62,247 nt of DNA from a virus. This document shows, one piece after another, positions 8,397 through 17,422 of the stretch (positions are counted from its first letter, which is position 1; each line of letters begins with the position of its first letter). Below the pieces are notes generated by a model. The model worked only from the letters and a program-made list of their open reading frames with translations. It searched no databases and was not told the DNA's origin. The stretch lies in IMG/VR virus record IMGVR_UViG_3300009285_004982; one strand, 5' to 3'. The translations under genes and the position numbers were made by a program.

Positions 8397-9828
8397 GAAT
8401 CGTTTTGATTGGGGACAAGATACCGTTGTATTATCGGACAATGGGAAGGAGAAAAAAATTATGCCATACGATGGCCCTAATGATTCGAAATTGCCGGATC
8501 ATATAAAGAAAATGCCTGCTAACAAACGAGCCAAATTTATTTCCATCTTTAATTCCTCCCACAGCAAATGCATGAAAGACGGCGGCAAGGATTGCGAGGC
8601 CATGGCTTTTCGCATGGCCAATGGTTCGATGAAGGAAACGAACGTTTCCAAAGAAAGATATCACATTCTAGAGAAAGCTTCTCATACAGACGTATTCGAT
8701 TTTAACCGCGCCGAAATATCCGAGGCTACATTCGGAGATACGACAGGCAAGAAAGAGATGGTCGTCACCCTCCTCCGTGAAGGCCCGGGAAACAAATTCC
8801 ACAATAATTACTACACAAAATCCGCGCTCGAAACAGCGATGGGCCGATTGAAAAATAGGCCGAAACAGTATTTCAATCATGCCAAGAATATCGATGACCC
8901 GGATCGCGATGTCCGAGACTGGGCCAGCTCGATTGTCGAGACATGGATTGATCATTCTGAAGGTAAATCAAAGCTGAAGGCCAGGGTCAAGGTATTCGAC
9001 AACTGGCTATGGGAGCGAGCGAAAGTCGCCCCCGATGAACTGGCTGTCAGCATAGAAGGCAAAGGCTCGGGTAAAAGTGAAGTGATTGAGGGGAAACCAT
9101 ATAATGCCATTTACGAAATAGAGAACGTAAACGGTGTTAATTGGGTCGACTATCCTGGTAATGCCGGGATGGGCGTCAATGTTTTAGAGAATAACAAACT
9201 GAAAGAGGAGGTCACAACAATGACTGCGAATGAAATTTTAGAGGCGATGAAGGAATTGCCAGCCGATGATCTTAAATCGGTTATCGAATCCAGGCAGGAT
9301 CTGAAGGAGTTTTTTTTGATCCCACAGAAGGATGAGACAACCGATAAGAAAGTGTCCGAGCTATCCGAGGCCGTGAAGAAGATCAAAGCGGATGCGGAAG
9401 CCGAGGCAAAGAAATTGAGTGAAAAACTAGACGCGATCAACGGAGAGAATGCCGCGCTGAAAAACAAGGTTGAAGCGCATGAGCTCAAAGAAAAAGAGAT
9501 GGCTAAGGAACGGATGATTGAGAAACTTCTCAAAGATTCCAAACTGAAAGAGGCTCATATTACAGAGACCTTTAAGGCCACCCTCCAGTCCGTCAAGGAA
9601 TACAAGAAAGACGATGCGGTTATCACCGAGGAAGCCCAGGTTAAATCCTTGATCGAAGATCGGGAAACGGTCTGCATCGGCGAACTCGGATCTCCGAATG
9701 ATGGCGGCAAGGGTAATCCGTCACCTCTTTCCGAAAAGGAAAAGGTGAAAAACTTCTGTCTGAATATTCTCGGAGAGAATCCATATTCGGATCTTGAAGC
9801 AAAAGAAGCGGCAGCGGCAGGTAAGTAA
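8386..9828 (+). CDS. Putative capsid scaffolding protein (ChaB-like N-terminal motif, central globular domain, C-terminal coiled coil)
   Basis: Sits upstream of the decoration and capsid genes. Long charged heptad-like region: KADAEAEAKKLSEKLDAINGENAALKNKVEAHELKEKEMAKE. N-terminal LPDHIKKMPANKRAKFISIFN...AFRMANG resembles ChaB. Confidence 0.5.
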   Translation: MSLENRFDWGQDTVVLSDNGKEKKIMPYDGPNDSKLPDHIKKMPANKRAKFISIFNSSHSKCMKDGGKDCEAMAFRMANGSMKETNVSKERYHILEKASHTDVFDFNRAEISEATFGDTTGKKEMVVTLLREGPGNKFHNNYYTKSALETAMGRLKNRPKQYFNHAKNIDDPDRDVRDWASSIVETWIDHSEGKSKLKARVKVFDNWLWERAKVAPDELAVSIEGKGSGKSEVIEGKPYNAIYEIENVNGVNWVDYPGNAGMGVNVLENNKLKEEVTTMTANEILEAMKELPADDLKSVIESRQDLKEFFLIPQKDETTDKKVSELSEAVKKIKADAEAEAKKLSEKLDAINGENAALKNKVEAHELKEKEMAKERMIEKLLKDSKLKEAHITETFKATLQSVKEYKKDDAVITEEAQVKSLIEDRETVCIGELGSPNDGGKGNPSPLSEKEKVKNFCLNILGENPYSDLEAKEAAAAGK

Positions 9829-9935
9829 ATTTATAGTCCTCGTCACAATGAAACCTTGATAGGGACCGTGAACATGCGTTCACTAGGGAGACGGTTAGTA
9901 TGAAACATAGTGTGACGTAAGGAGGAGGAAAGATT

Positions 9936-10922
9936 ATGGCAGAAGCAAATTTAGGTTACGCGCACAGGGGTGAAGTCGAGCATCTGATCCCCAAAGCGAG
10001 CACGGAGATAACAGCAGGCGATTATGTGGTGATGCCTCGCGAGTCGGACCCGATCAGTCGGGCCGTTCTTGGGGCTGAAACTCGTGTCTCTCCAGTCGGC
10101 TCGGCTTACGCCTGTCAATGGGGGGTCGGTGTATCAGACGATGATTTTAATACGAATTATCCTGGTGCGACGCCCTACGCAAGCCCGGCGGCGAATCAAT
10201 CGATTGACATAATTCGTAAAGGTGTTGTTCGGTTTCGAATTATCCAGACATCCGGGAAAGCCGGAGATAATGTGGTTTATTCCAGTGGTGGAACCGGGGC
10301 CCAATTGTTCAAGATAAATAATTTTCGCCGTGATGTCGGAGTCGGAGAAATCGCCAAGGACTTCTCAGGAGCTACGGCAAACGATACTCAACAGGTTGTC
10401 CTTTACGAGAAATCCCTTCATGGCCAGGATATCTATTTCTGGCTACAGAATAGAGTCGTCCAGGGATGCAAATTCAAGGCGCGATCTCTCGCTTCCTCTC
10501 GTGGTTCAAGCCAGATAAACGCGGGAGCGACCGGCGAGGTCAATATGTTCATGGTGAAGGGTAAGGTGAATTCCGTTGCCCGCGTCACCGGCTTTGTCGT
10601 CGGCGGAATCAATCCGGGAGGGCAATCGGCCATCCGATTCTACTGGCTGGCCTGCAAGCTCTCTACTACGGGAGCAGCCCCGGCGTTTACGAAAGAGACC
10701 TGCACTGGTCCTTTTTCCGCATTCGCGAGCTGGACCAATTCAGGCATAAGCGTAGGAATGATGATTCCCATAACCTGGCAATCAAATCTTATTCCGGCGG
10801 CTCTTATGGTCGGTTGGTCAAATACCCAGGTGACGATAGCAGATGCGAAACTCATTAATTTGGGCGGGCCTTTCATTCCAAACGGTCAAAAGCTATTTGA
10901 TCATGGAACTTGGTATCTCTAA
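9936..10922 (+). CDS. Capsid decoration-like protein, paralog 1 of a tandem pair
   Basis: 328 aa, strong RBS AAGGAGGAGG. The N-terminal half resembles DUF2190-type decoration proteins (ITAGDYVV...GVGV...KGVVRFRI...GDNVVYSS). It aligns end to end with 10964..11944. Confidence 0.5.
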   Translation: MAEANLGYAHRGEVEHLIPKASTEITAGDYVVMPRESDPISRAVLGAETRVSPVGSAYACQWGVGVSDDDFNTNYPGATPYASPAANQSIDIIRKGVVRFRIIQTSGKAGDNVVYSSGGTGAQLFKINNFRRDVGVGEIAKDFSGATANDTQQVVLYEKSLHGQDIYFWLQNRVVQGCKFKARSLASSRGSSQINAGATGEVNMFMVKGKVNSVARVTGFVVGGINPGGQSAIRFYWLACKLSTTGAAPAFTKETCTGPFSAFASWTNSGISVGMMIPITWQSNLIPAALMVGWSNTQVTIADAKLINLGGPFIPNGQKLFDHGTWYL

Positions 10923-10963
10923 TTTCAGAATAACGTAACGAATGTTACGAGGAGGATTAATTT

Positions 10964-11944
10964 ATGGCAGAAGTAAATCTTAATTATGCCCACCGTGGCG
11001 AGACAGAGAATATAATTCCAAAGGCGAGCACACAGCTCACATCGGGAGATTATGTGGTCATGCCGAGAGGATCTGATCCGATTAGTCGCGCCGTTTTGGG
11101 TGCGGAATCGAGGATCGCCCCGGCTGCGACAGCCTATTCATGTCAATGGGGAGTCGGAATCGTCGATGCCGATTTCTCAACGAATGTTGTTGGCTCAACA
11201 TTGTATGCGACCCCAACGGCAAATGAAGCATTGCCGGTTATCAGAAAAGGTGTCGTCAGATTGAAAGTCGTTCAGACATCCGGTAAGGCTGGGGATAACG
11301 TGATCTACTCAAGTGGGGCGACGGGAGCGCAGCTCTTCACGATCAATAACTTCAGACGCGATGTCGGCGTCGGTTCGATTGCGAAAGATTTCTCCAGCGC
11401 GACCGCAAATGACACTCAACAGATAGTTCTCTATGAGAAGCCTTTACATGGTAAAGATGTTTATTTCTGGCTCGGCAATCGCGTTGTCCAGGGATGTAAG
11501 ATCAAAAAGCATTCCGTTAACAATCAAGCTTCAACTCAGGTAAATGCTGGTGCTACTGGTGAAGTAAACTTATTCATGATTAAGGGGAAATTGAATTCCG
11601 TTGCCCGGGTAACAGACTTTACTATGGGAGCACTGGCTCCCGGCGCATCCGATATTAGGTTCTATTGGGTGGCCGCGAAATTATCGACGACCGGGGCTGC
11701 GGCAGCTTTCACGAAGGAAACTTGCACAGGGCCATTCACGGCCCTGGCTAGTTGGACGAATTCCGGCGTCAGTGCCGGGATGATGATCCCGATCACATGG
11801 AGATCAAATCTGATTCCCGTTGCTCTTATCGTTGGGTGGTCGGCAACGGCTGTCTCGATAGCGAATAATAGAATTCTGAATTTGGGAGGAATGGCTCTTC
11901 CAAATGGAACGAATGTATTCGATCACGATACGTGGTACCTGTAA
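10964..11944 (+). CDS. Capsid decoration-like protein, paralog 2 of a tandem pair
   Basis: 326 aa, RBS GAGGAGG. Collinear with paralog 1 (MAEVNLNYAHRGETENIIPKAS... versus MAEANLGYAHRGEVEHLIPKAS...). Confidence 0.5.
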   Translation: MAEVNLNYAHRGETENIIPKASTQLTSGDYVVMPRGSDPISRAVLGAESRIAPAATAYSCQWGVGIVDADFSTNVVGSTLYATPTANEALPVIRKGVVRLKVVQTSGKAGDNVIYSSGATGAQLFTINNFRRDVGVGSIAKDFSSATANDTQQIVLYEKPLHGKDVYFWLGNRVVQGCKIKKHSVNNQASTQVNAGATGEVNLFMIKGKLNSVARVTDFTMGALAPGASDIRFYWVAAKLSTTGAAAAFTKETCTGPFTALASWTNSGVSAGMMIPITWRSNLIPVALIVGWSATAVSIANNRILNLGGMALPNGTNVFDHDTWYL

Positions 11945-11962
11945 TTAGAAAATAAGTTTGAT

Positions 11963-12021
11963 GGGTGAGCCGGAGTCATATACTCGGATCGGGAATAGGT
12001 ATTCTTTTTCTCCGGCTCGCC
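11963..12021 (+). other. Stem-loop downstream of the paralog pair (possible attenuating terminator or RNA stabiliser)
   Basis: GGGTGAGCCGGAG (11963..11975) pairs with CTCCGGCTCGCC (12010..12021) with one G-U pair. No downstream T-run. Confidence 0.3.
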
Positions 12022-12048
12022 TATCCCAAAGAGGGAGTAAAATAACTT

Positions 12049-13125
12049 ATGGAATTGATGACCGAACAAGCGATGGCAATGGACTATATCGGTGACATTA
12101 CGAATCAGGTCACCAGGGAAGGCAAAAATGATTTATGGCGTGAGAATACACTCAAAAATAGGGCCTATTTCTCAAAAGGGAATCCCGATCTCACGGGACT
12201 GACATCCTTCGTCGTCGCCGCCGGACCCAGCCTGGAAAAGAATGTCCATCTTTTAAAAACGATATCGCCAAGAGGTGTCATCGTCTGCGTTGATGCGGCC
12301 ATGCGGTTCCTTGTTCAGAATGGAATCTATCCGGAGTATTGTGTTTCAATAGACGGATCAGAAAAGATGATCGCCATGATTGATGGGATCGATACGAGTA
12401 GAACAACACTTGTCAGCACTCCATCGGCGGCTCCCGATCTTGTAGCGAACTGGAAAGGCCAGATGTTTTTTGTTCATACCCCGCATGCCAAGGCGGATCG
12501 GGATTTCAATCATTTTCATCTCACCCGAATTGTCAAAGCAAATCGCGATATTCCAAAAGGCGATGAAATTATCGCAGACCAAGATTATGTTGTTGAATTC
12601 GAAGGGATTAATTCTCTTATCCTGACGGGCGGAAATGTGTCAACCGCAGCTCACCATTTTTCAATGCAATTTCTGAAGGCTCAACAAGTCGTATTCGTCG
12701 GTCTCGATCTATCATGGGAATATGATTCGCATCATTACGCGGGTCACGAGCATATCGAGAACACGCGCGCCCGCACGCTCACGCCTGGCGGGACACACTA
12801 TGATATTTACAAAAAAGAAGTGAAAACGAATCTGTCTCTTCTCGCATTTAAACGCTGGCATGAGGCAATGGCCAAGCAGATGAAAGGATCTGTCGTTAAC
12901 GCGACAGAAGGCGGAATCCTCGGCGTCGGTCAAGAGGGCGAGCATTTCGATTATATCGAGATCATGGATTTGAAAGACGCGATTAAAAAATACACTCCGA
13001 AAGAGTGGATCAATCAACCGAGCGAGAATTTGAATATAAAGCCTGAAGAAAAAGAAGTGGAATACGTATCCGCAACGGATATCACGAAAAAATATTCTTC
13101 GAATGGGAAAGACAAAGATGCCTGA
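12049..13125 (+). CDS. Maf / DUF115 (MptE-like) family protein, putative nonulosonic-acid glycosyltransferase, copy 1
   Basis: Signature SFVVAAGPSLEKNVHLLK...VIVCVDAAMRFLVQNGIYPEYCVSIDGS, then GGNVS...VFVGLDLSW. Confidence 0.65.
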   Translation: MELMTEQAMAMDYIGDITNQVTREGKNDLWRENTLKNRAYFSKGNPDLTGLTSFVVAAGPSLEKNVHLLKTISPRGVIVCVDAAMRFLVQNGIYPEYCVSIDGSEKMIAMIDGIDTSRTTLVSTPSAAPDLVANWKGQMFFVHTPHAKADRDFNHFHLTRIVKANRDIPKGDEIIADQDYVVEFEGINSLILTGGNVSTAAHHFSMQFLKAQQVVFVGLDLSWEYDSHHYAGHEHIENTRARTLTPGGTHYDIYKKEVKTNLSLLAFKRWHEAMAKQMKGSVVNATEGGILGVGQEGEHFDYIEIMDLKDAIKKYTPKEWINQPSENLNIKPEEKEVEYVSATDITKKYSSNGKDKDA

Positions 13126-14053
13126 ACTTCTCGTCGAAAATAAGCCGGTAGAAAATCTTCCGTCGGACAATCGTCCGATTCGAGAGCAGATGGAAGTCAT
13201 CCATAAGGCTCGCACAATCCGTACGCTCAGAAAACATAAGGGCGAATGGATTCACAATGTGAAGGAGAACTCATCGAAAATAAACAAAACGATTGCCGAT
13301 CTCTGGAAGGAACGAGATTACGGAGAAGGGATTTCCGTCGCGGCGGGCCCGTCGCTTAAGGAAGATCTCAATGATCTCAAGAAAATGCGGAAACATCGGG
13401 AACTCATCTGCGTTGATGCCTCGTTAGGATTTCTTGTCGATAACGGATTGACGCCTGATTTCTGTGTGACGACCGATTTCTCCGACAAAATACTTCTCAT
13501 GTTAAATCGAGGAGATAAGCCGATTGATACGTCAAACATAAAATTGATTGCCAACGTTATTACTCATCCAAAAGTCATCGAAAAATGGAAGGGAGAAGTC
13601 TATTGGTTCGTGATGATGAATAACGTATACGATATCGATTATCAAAAATTCATGGACGACATGCACGCATTAGAAACAAAAGTTGGAGCGAAGCTCGCTC
13701 CCGGCGGCAACGTCAGTTCGATTGCGCTCGGATTCGGACTATCCGTCAGAAACTACGAGAAGATTATCCTATACGGACACGACTTCTGCTGGAAGCCGGA
13801 AGGAGATTTCTATGCTGGAGGATCGTTCAAAGAACTTGAAAAAGAAAGGATGGAAAAAGAAGGGACGGCTGGCACAATTTTTGATGATACCAATACGAAG
13901 GGAGAGAAAGTTCTTACAAACCTTTCACTGCAGCAGTTTGCCAAATGGCATGAAGAAGCAACTCGATATATGAGACACCGGATCGACAACCGGACGAGTT
14001 GCACAATTTTAAATATCAAGCCGACGAATAATCATTCGACGAATAGTCGTTAG
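13103..14053 (+). CDS. Maf / DUF115 family protein, copy 2
   Basis: ISVAAGPSLKEDLNDLKK...LICVDASLGFLVDNGLTPDFCVTTDFS, then GGNVSS...ILYGHDFCW. Overlaps copy 1 by 23 nt. Confidence 0.65.
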   Translation: MGKTKMPELLVENKPVENLPSDNRPIREQMEVIHKARTIRTLRKHKGEWIHNVKENSSKINKTIADLWKERDYGEGISVAAGPSLKEDLNDLKKMRKHRELICVDASLGFLVDNGLTPDFCVTTDFSDKILLMLNRGDKPIDTSNIKLIANVITHPKVIEKWKGEVYWFVMMNNVYDIDYQKFMDDMHALETKVGAKLAPGGNVSSIALGFGLSVRNYEKIILYGHDFCWKPEGDFYAGGSFKELEKERMEKEGTAGTIFDDTNTKGEKVLTNLSLQQFAKWHEEATRYMRHRIDNRTSCTILNIKPTNNHSTNSR

Positions 14054-14079
14054 ATAAACGTCGGATCAAGGAGGAGACA

Positions 14080-15054
14080 ATGAAAGAAATATGGGATTTA
14101 AAATCCATACGGGAAGCATCAACACGCTCGGAGTTCTATCAGTTTTTAAACGTGGGGCTAAAAGACCTCATGTTCAAGGCTTACAGAACGGCCAAAACGA
14201 CCTATCCGGCCATCGTCACATTCGAGGAATCGGATAAGGCGAAAGAAGGATATCCATCCACCGGTAACGTGGCCCTGCCGGAACAGGTTCTGGAAGGCGC
14301 TCCATTCATCGAGAGGACGATTCCGCCCGAGGATTTTGTTGAGGTCACAAATCATAAATATGGTGAGATCATTTCTATCACGGAAGAACTGATTGAGGAT
14401 GATAAGACCAACCAGATCAAACGGTTGCCGATGGATCTCGGAAATGCTCATGCGAAGAAAGAAGACAAAACAGTCTATTCGATCATCAATGGGAATCCGA
14501 CGATTTATGATGGTGGTGCGTTTTTCGCTCTGAATCATCCTGGTTATACGGGTGGAGCGGCCATCGCTGCGAACGATAACATTTACACGAATGTGACTCT
14601 CTCGGCTAATGCGCTCGCCGTCGCCCTCGGTATCATCGGCGGATGGACGGGACACTCGACGGAAGATCTTTTGGATGTCGTGGCCACGGCGCTCGTGGTT
14701 CCGACGAATCTTAAATATACAGCCAATCTCCTGACCAAGAGTGCATTTGCCCCATGGGCTTATGCGGCTGGAGCACTTGGTCCAGCGGCGACAACGGGAC
14801 AAGGAAAAAATGTGTTGGCCGAAGAAGGATTGGAAGTTATTTCATCTCCTCGTCTTGACGTGACATCAACAACCGATTGGTATATCAAAACTGACTTCGT
14901 CGGGATTCTATTCCAATGGAGACAGAAACTTGGTCTCTTTGAGGAACCGGAAGAAGCCGGAAGCCGGTTTGAGAGAGATGTGCGACGATGGAAATCGCGA
15001 AGCCGTTGGGCAACGAAGGTTCTCAACTGGCGCGGAATGTTTAAGGTTTCATAA
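14080..15054 (+). CDS. Major capsid protein (HK97 fold)
   Basis: 324 aa, RBS AAGGAGGAG. Contains PEQVLEGAPFIERTI...VTNHKYGEIISITEELIEDD, typical of Mu gpT-like / HK97-fold capsid proteins. Located after the scaffold and decoration genes. Confidence 0.7.
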   Translation: MKEIWDLKSIREASTRSEFYQFLNVGLKDLMFKAYRTAKTTYPAIVTFEESDKAKEGYPSTGNVALPEQVLEGAPFIERTIPPEDFVEVTNHKYGEIISITEELIEDDKTNQIKRLPMDLGNAHAKKEDKTVYSIINGNPTIYDGGAFFALNHPGYTGGAAIAANDNIYTNVTLSANALAVALGIIGGWTGHSTEDLLDVVATALVVPTNLKYTANLLTKSAFAPWAYAAGALGPAATTGQGKNVLAEEGLEVISSPRLDVTSTTDWYIKTDFVGILFQWRQKLGLFEEPEEAGSRFERDVRRWKSRSRWATKVLNWRGMFKVS

Positions 15055-15074
15055 GAAAAATTGATTATTATTTT

Positions 15075-15124
15075 ACCCGCGCGGTTGGCGTCTAGACTCC
15101 CTCTTTACGTTTGACCGCGCGGAT
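15075..15124 (+). other. GC-rich stem-loop after the capsid gene
   Basis: ACCCGCGCGGT (15075..15085) and ACCGCGCGG (15114..15122) share the self-complementary CCGCGCGG and can pair. No T-run follows. Confidence 0.3.
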
Positions 15125-15162
15125 AAAGTAGACGGGTAATTCCCGTTAGGGAGGAATCATAA

Positions 15163-15861
15163 ATGACAGCTGAATTAGGGAAAGTAAAGGATCTTCCCAT
15201 CTCGGATTTGAAAGCCGGGATGAAGGTCCAGAAAGATGTTATTGGGTATGGTGGAAAGATATTGGTGAACGCCGGTGAAGTCTTGAGCCATAAGCATGTC
15301 ACCCAGCTCACCAAATGGGAAGGCCGTTCACAGCCGCCAGGCCCTGTTCTGGCAAAAGAGAAACCATCGAATAAGAATGAACCTCTTCGTCGCGGGCCAG
15401 CGCCCGAGCGGTGGAAAGTCAGTCATTTCAATCCCCAGGGAATACGCGTATCCAACACATTGGCAAGCGGAGATCTGAATCCGGCAGTCGAACAGAATAT
15501 TGAGCTCTCTCCTCGATTCCAGAAAGAAACCCCAAGATCGTCGTTCTCGCCGGGTCCTATCGACATCCCTTCTCCTCTTGAGAGGTCTATGGAACTCAGG
15601 ACCGAGATCAAGACGCTTGAGGGAATGAATGCCGAGCTCGGAGGTCGCCTTTGGGATGATCCGACGAATTATGCCGGGGAATCCGAATTGTCAGGTCGTA
15701 AGCTAGGGTTGATTGAAGATAATAAAAGATTGATCAGCGGACTGAAAGCCAGCCGATCAATCGGACGATTGTCCGATGGGAATGGACATGAATCGGCAAC
15801 CCAGAGTGAAACGCTGATCGTGAAACGGAAACGAGGACGACCACGGAAAGATGCCGCTTAA
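15163..15861 (+). CDS. Hypothetical protein with a basic AT-hook-like C-terminus (KRKRGRPRK)
   Basis: 232-aa ORF, RBS GGGAGGAA. Confidence 0.5.
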   Translation: MTAELGKVKDLPISDLKAGMKVQKDVIGYGGKILVNAGEVLSHKHVTQLTKWEGRSQPPGPVLAKEKPSNKNEPLRRGPAPERWKVSHFNPQGIRVSNTLASGDLNPAVEQNIELSPRFQKETPRSSFSPGPIDIPSPLERSMELRTEIKTLEGMNAELGGRLWDDPTNYAGESELSGRKLGLIEDNKRLISGLKASRSIGRLSDGNGHESATQSETLIVKRKRGRPRKDAA

Positions 15862-16117
15862 ACATCCCGATCAATTGGCCGCCCAGAGATGGTGTTCGGA
15901 TCAGATCCGTTCGGATCTTAAAGCTGGGCGGTCGATGTTGGAATTTCCGATTCATGATATAGAGAATAAGGCGCGGGCCGATATGGAAGAGAAGAATACG
16001 AAGGCGGATCTCTTGACGGGAGGGGGGAATATCTTCCAGGTCTATTATCATGATAAGCCGGTGATTGTTCAAATGAGGCCTCTGGCTTCACGGACGATTA
16101 AATTGTTTTTCGATTAA
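15851..16117 (+). CDS. Hypothetical protein
   Basis: 88-aa ORF overlapping the upstream stop. Confidence 0.4.
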   Translation: MPLKHPDQLAAQRWCSDQIRSDLKAGRSMLEFPIHDIENKARADMEEKNTKADLLTGGGNIFQVYYHDKPVIVQMRPLASRTIKLFFD

Positions 16118-16144
16118 TTAATTAATGACTAATGGGGGACATTT

Positions 16145-16483
16145 ATGGCACTCGATGCTTACAACGCACCAATACAAAAAACGGAATACGGATTCCCGCG
16201 AAGTGTTATTTCTGGAGAATTAGCAGGATCAGCATCCGCCGCACAGATGCCGAATATACAGGCATTCCTTGTCAATTTTAAAGCTGTTAGTAGCAATGCG
16301 GGCGATGTCTATATTGGCGGGCAAGGCGTGACAGTTGTCGATGGAACGACGGATGCAACGACAGGCCTTGAGCTTGCAGCCAGCGAACAGACGGGATGGA
16401 TTCCATGCGAGAATCTAAACCAATTTTATCGTATCTGTGATAACGCAGGGGATGATTTGACTTATATTGCTTTACAGAGGTAA
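16145..16483 (+). CDS. Hypothetical protein (possible structural)
   Basis: 112-aa ORF, RBS GGGGGA. Confidence 0.45.
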   Translation: MALDAYNAPIQKTEYGFPRSVISGELAGSASAAQMPNIQAFLVNFKAVSSNAGDVYIGGQGVTVVDGTTDATTGLELAASEQTGWIPCENLNQFYRICDNAGDDLTYIALQR

Positions 16484-16489
16484 ACATCC

Positions 16490-17209
16490 ATGTCTTTCAT
16501 ACCCATATTAAGCCAATCTTTGGCAAAGAAAGGATTTCTTCCAACAAACATATCCGGCTTGTTATATTGGTTTCGATCCGATAAGGGTGTATTAGATGCA
16601 GTTGGCGCTCCTGCTGACCCGGATGATCCTGTCGATACATGGCAAGATCAGAGCGTGAATGCGAAACATCTAACTCAAACAACAGATGCAAATCGTCCGT
16701 TACTAAAATCAAACGTGATTAATGGTCATCCAACAATACGTTTTGATGGAAGTAACGATAGAATGACGACCTCAAGTTTCACCGAAATTCAACCGCATCA
16801 CAGAATATACGTGCTTAAGATTATTACTCTTGTGAATAGCGATTATCTCTACGATGGGCTACCATCAACTGATAAAGGTGCCGCTTTTATGGATGGATCA
16901 GGGAATGTATCGCTTTCGTCAGGATCTATTGCATGTGCTAGATTATATGGAAATTCTTCTTTTGTGATCGGATCGGCTTTTTTCAGTGGGGCTAGTTCTT
17001 CTCATTCCGTTAATAACGGAACTGCCGCAACCGGGAATGCTGGGACGGGTGCTCCGGGAGGTCTTACATTGGGATCTGCTCGCGGCGGTATTGCTCCTGG
17101 AAATATTGATGTCGCTGAATTCATGGGATATAACGCGCAGATAACTGGTACTAATTTGACGAATCTCATGAATTATTTATCTGAACGTTATGCGATTACA
17201 TTGGGATGA
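16490..17209 (+). CDS. Hypothetical protein with a LamG/concanavalin-like motif
   Basis: VDTWQDQSVNAKHLTQTTDANRPLL...NGHPTIRFDGSNDRM is typical of LamG-type lectin-fold domains. Confidence 0.4.
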   Translation: MSFIPILSQSLAKKGFLPTNISGLLYWFRSDKGVLDAVGAPADPDDPVDTWQDQSVNAKHLTQTTDANRPLLKSNVINGHPTIRFDGSNDRMTTSSFTEIQPHHRIYVLKIITLVNSDYLYDGLPSTDKGAAFMDGSGNVSLSSGSIACARLYGNSSFVIGSAFFSGASSSHSVNNGTAATGNAGTGAPGGLTLGSARGGIAPGNIDVAEFMGYNAQITGTNLTNLMNYLSERYAITLG

Positions 17210-17418
17210 CAGTATCTCATATTCAGAAATCTTCACGGATTCAGATCGGCTCTGAAAATGAATCGCTGACTATTCCGGCTCCTGATTCCGGACGATACAA
17301 TTGCCTGGAATCAATAACCGTTGAATCAAGTGCCGGATCTGATATGACGATAACATCGGGATCGAAGACGTTTAAGGTAGCAATTGGTCCGGGAAGCGGA
17401 TGGAAAGAGAAATTTTAA
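17206..17418 (+). CDS. Hypothetical protein
   Basis: 70-aa ORF overlapping the upstream stop. Confidence 0.4.
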   Translation: MTVSHIQKSSRIQIGSENESLTIPAPDSGRYNCLESITVESSAGSDMTITSGSKTFKVAIGPGSGWKEKF

Positions 17419-17422
17419 GCTC

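Noticed and set aside
14158-14802. Long minus-strand ORFs opposite clear + strand genes (14158..14802, 12712..13215, 2471..2980, 3759..4187, 19092..19559, 32808..33320 and others)
   Set aside because: The ones I checked (14158..14802, 2471..2980, 3759..4187, 851..1150) are codon-aligned antisense shadows of well-supported genes. They have odd composition and no RBS. This genome tolerates long in-phase antisense frames, which is also why openness alone was not used as evidence for the 4434..5072 gene.
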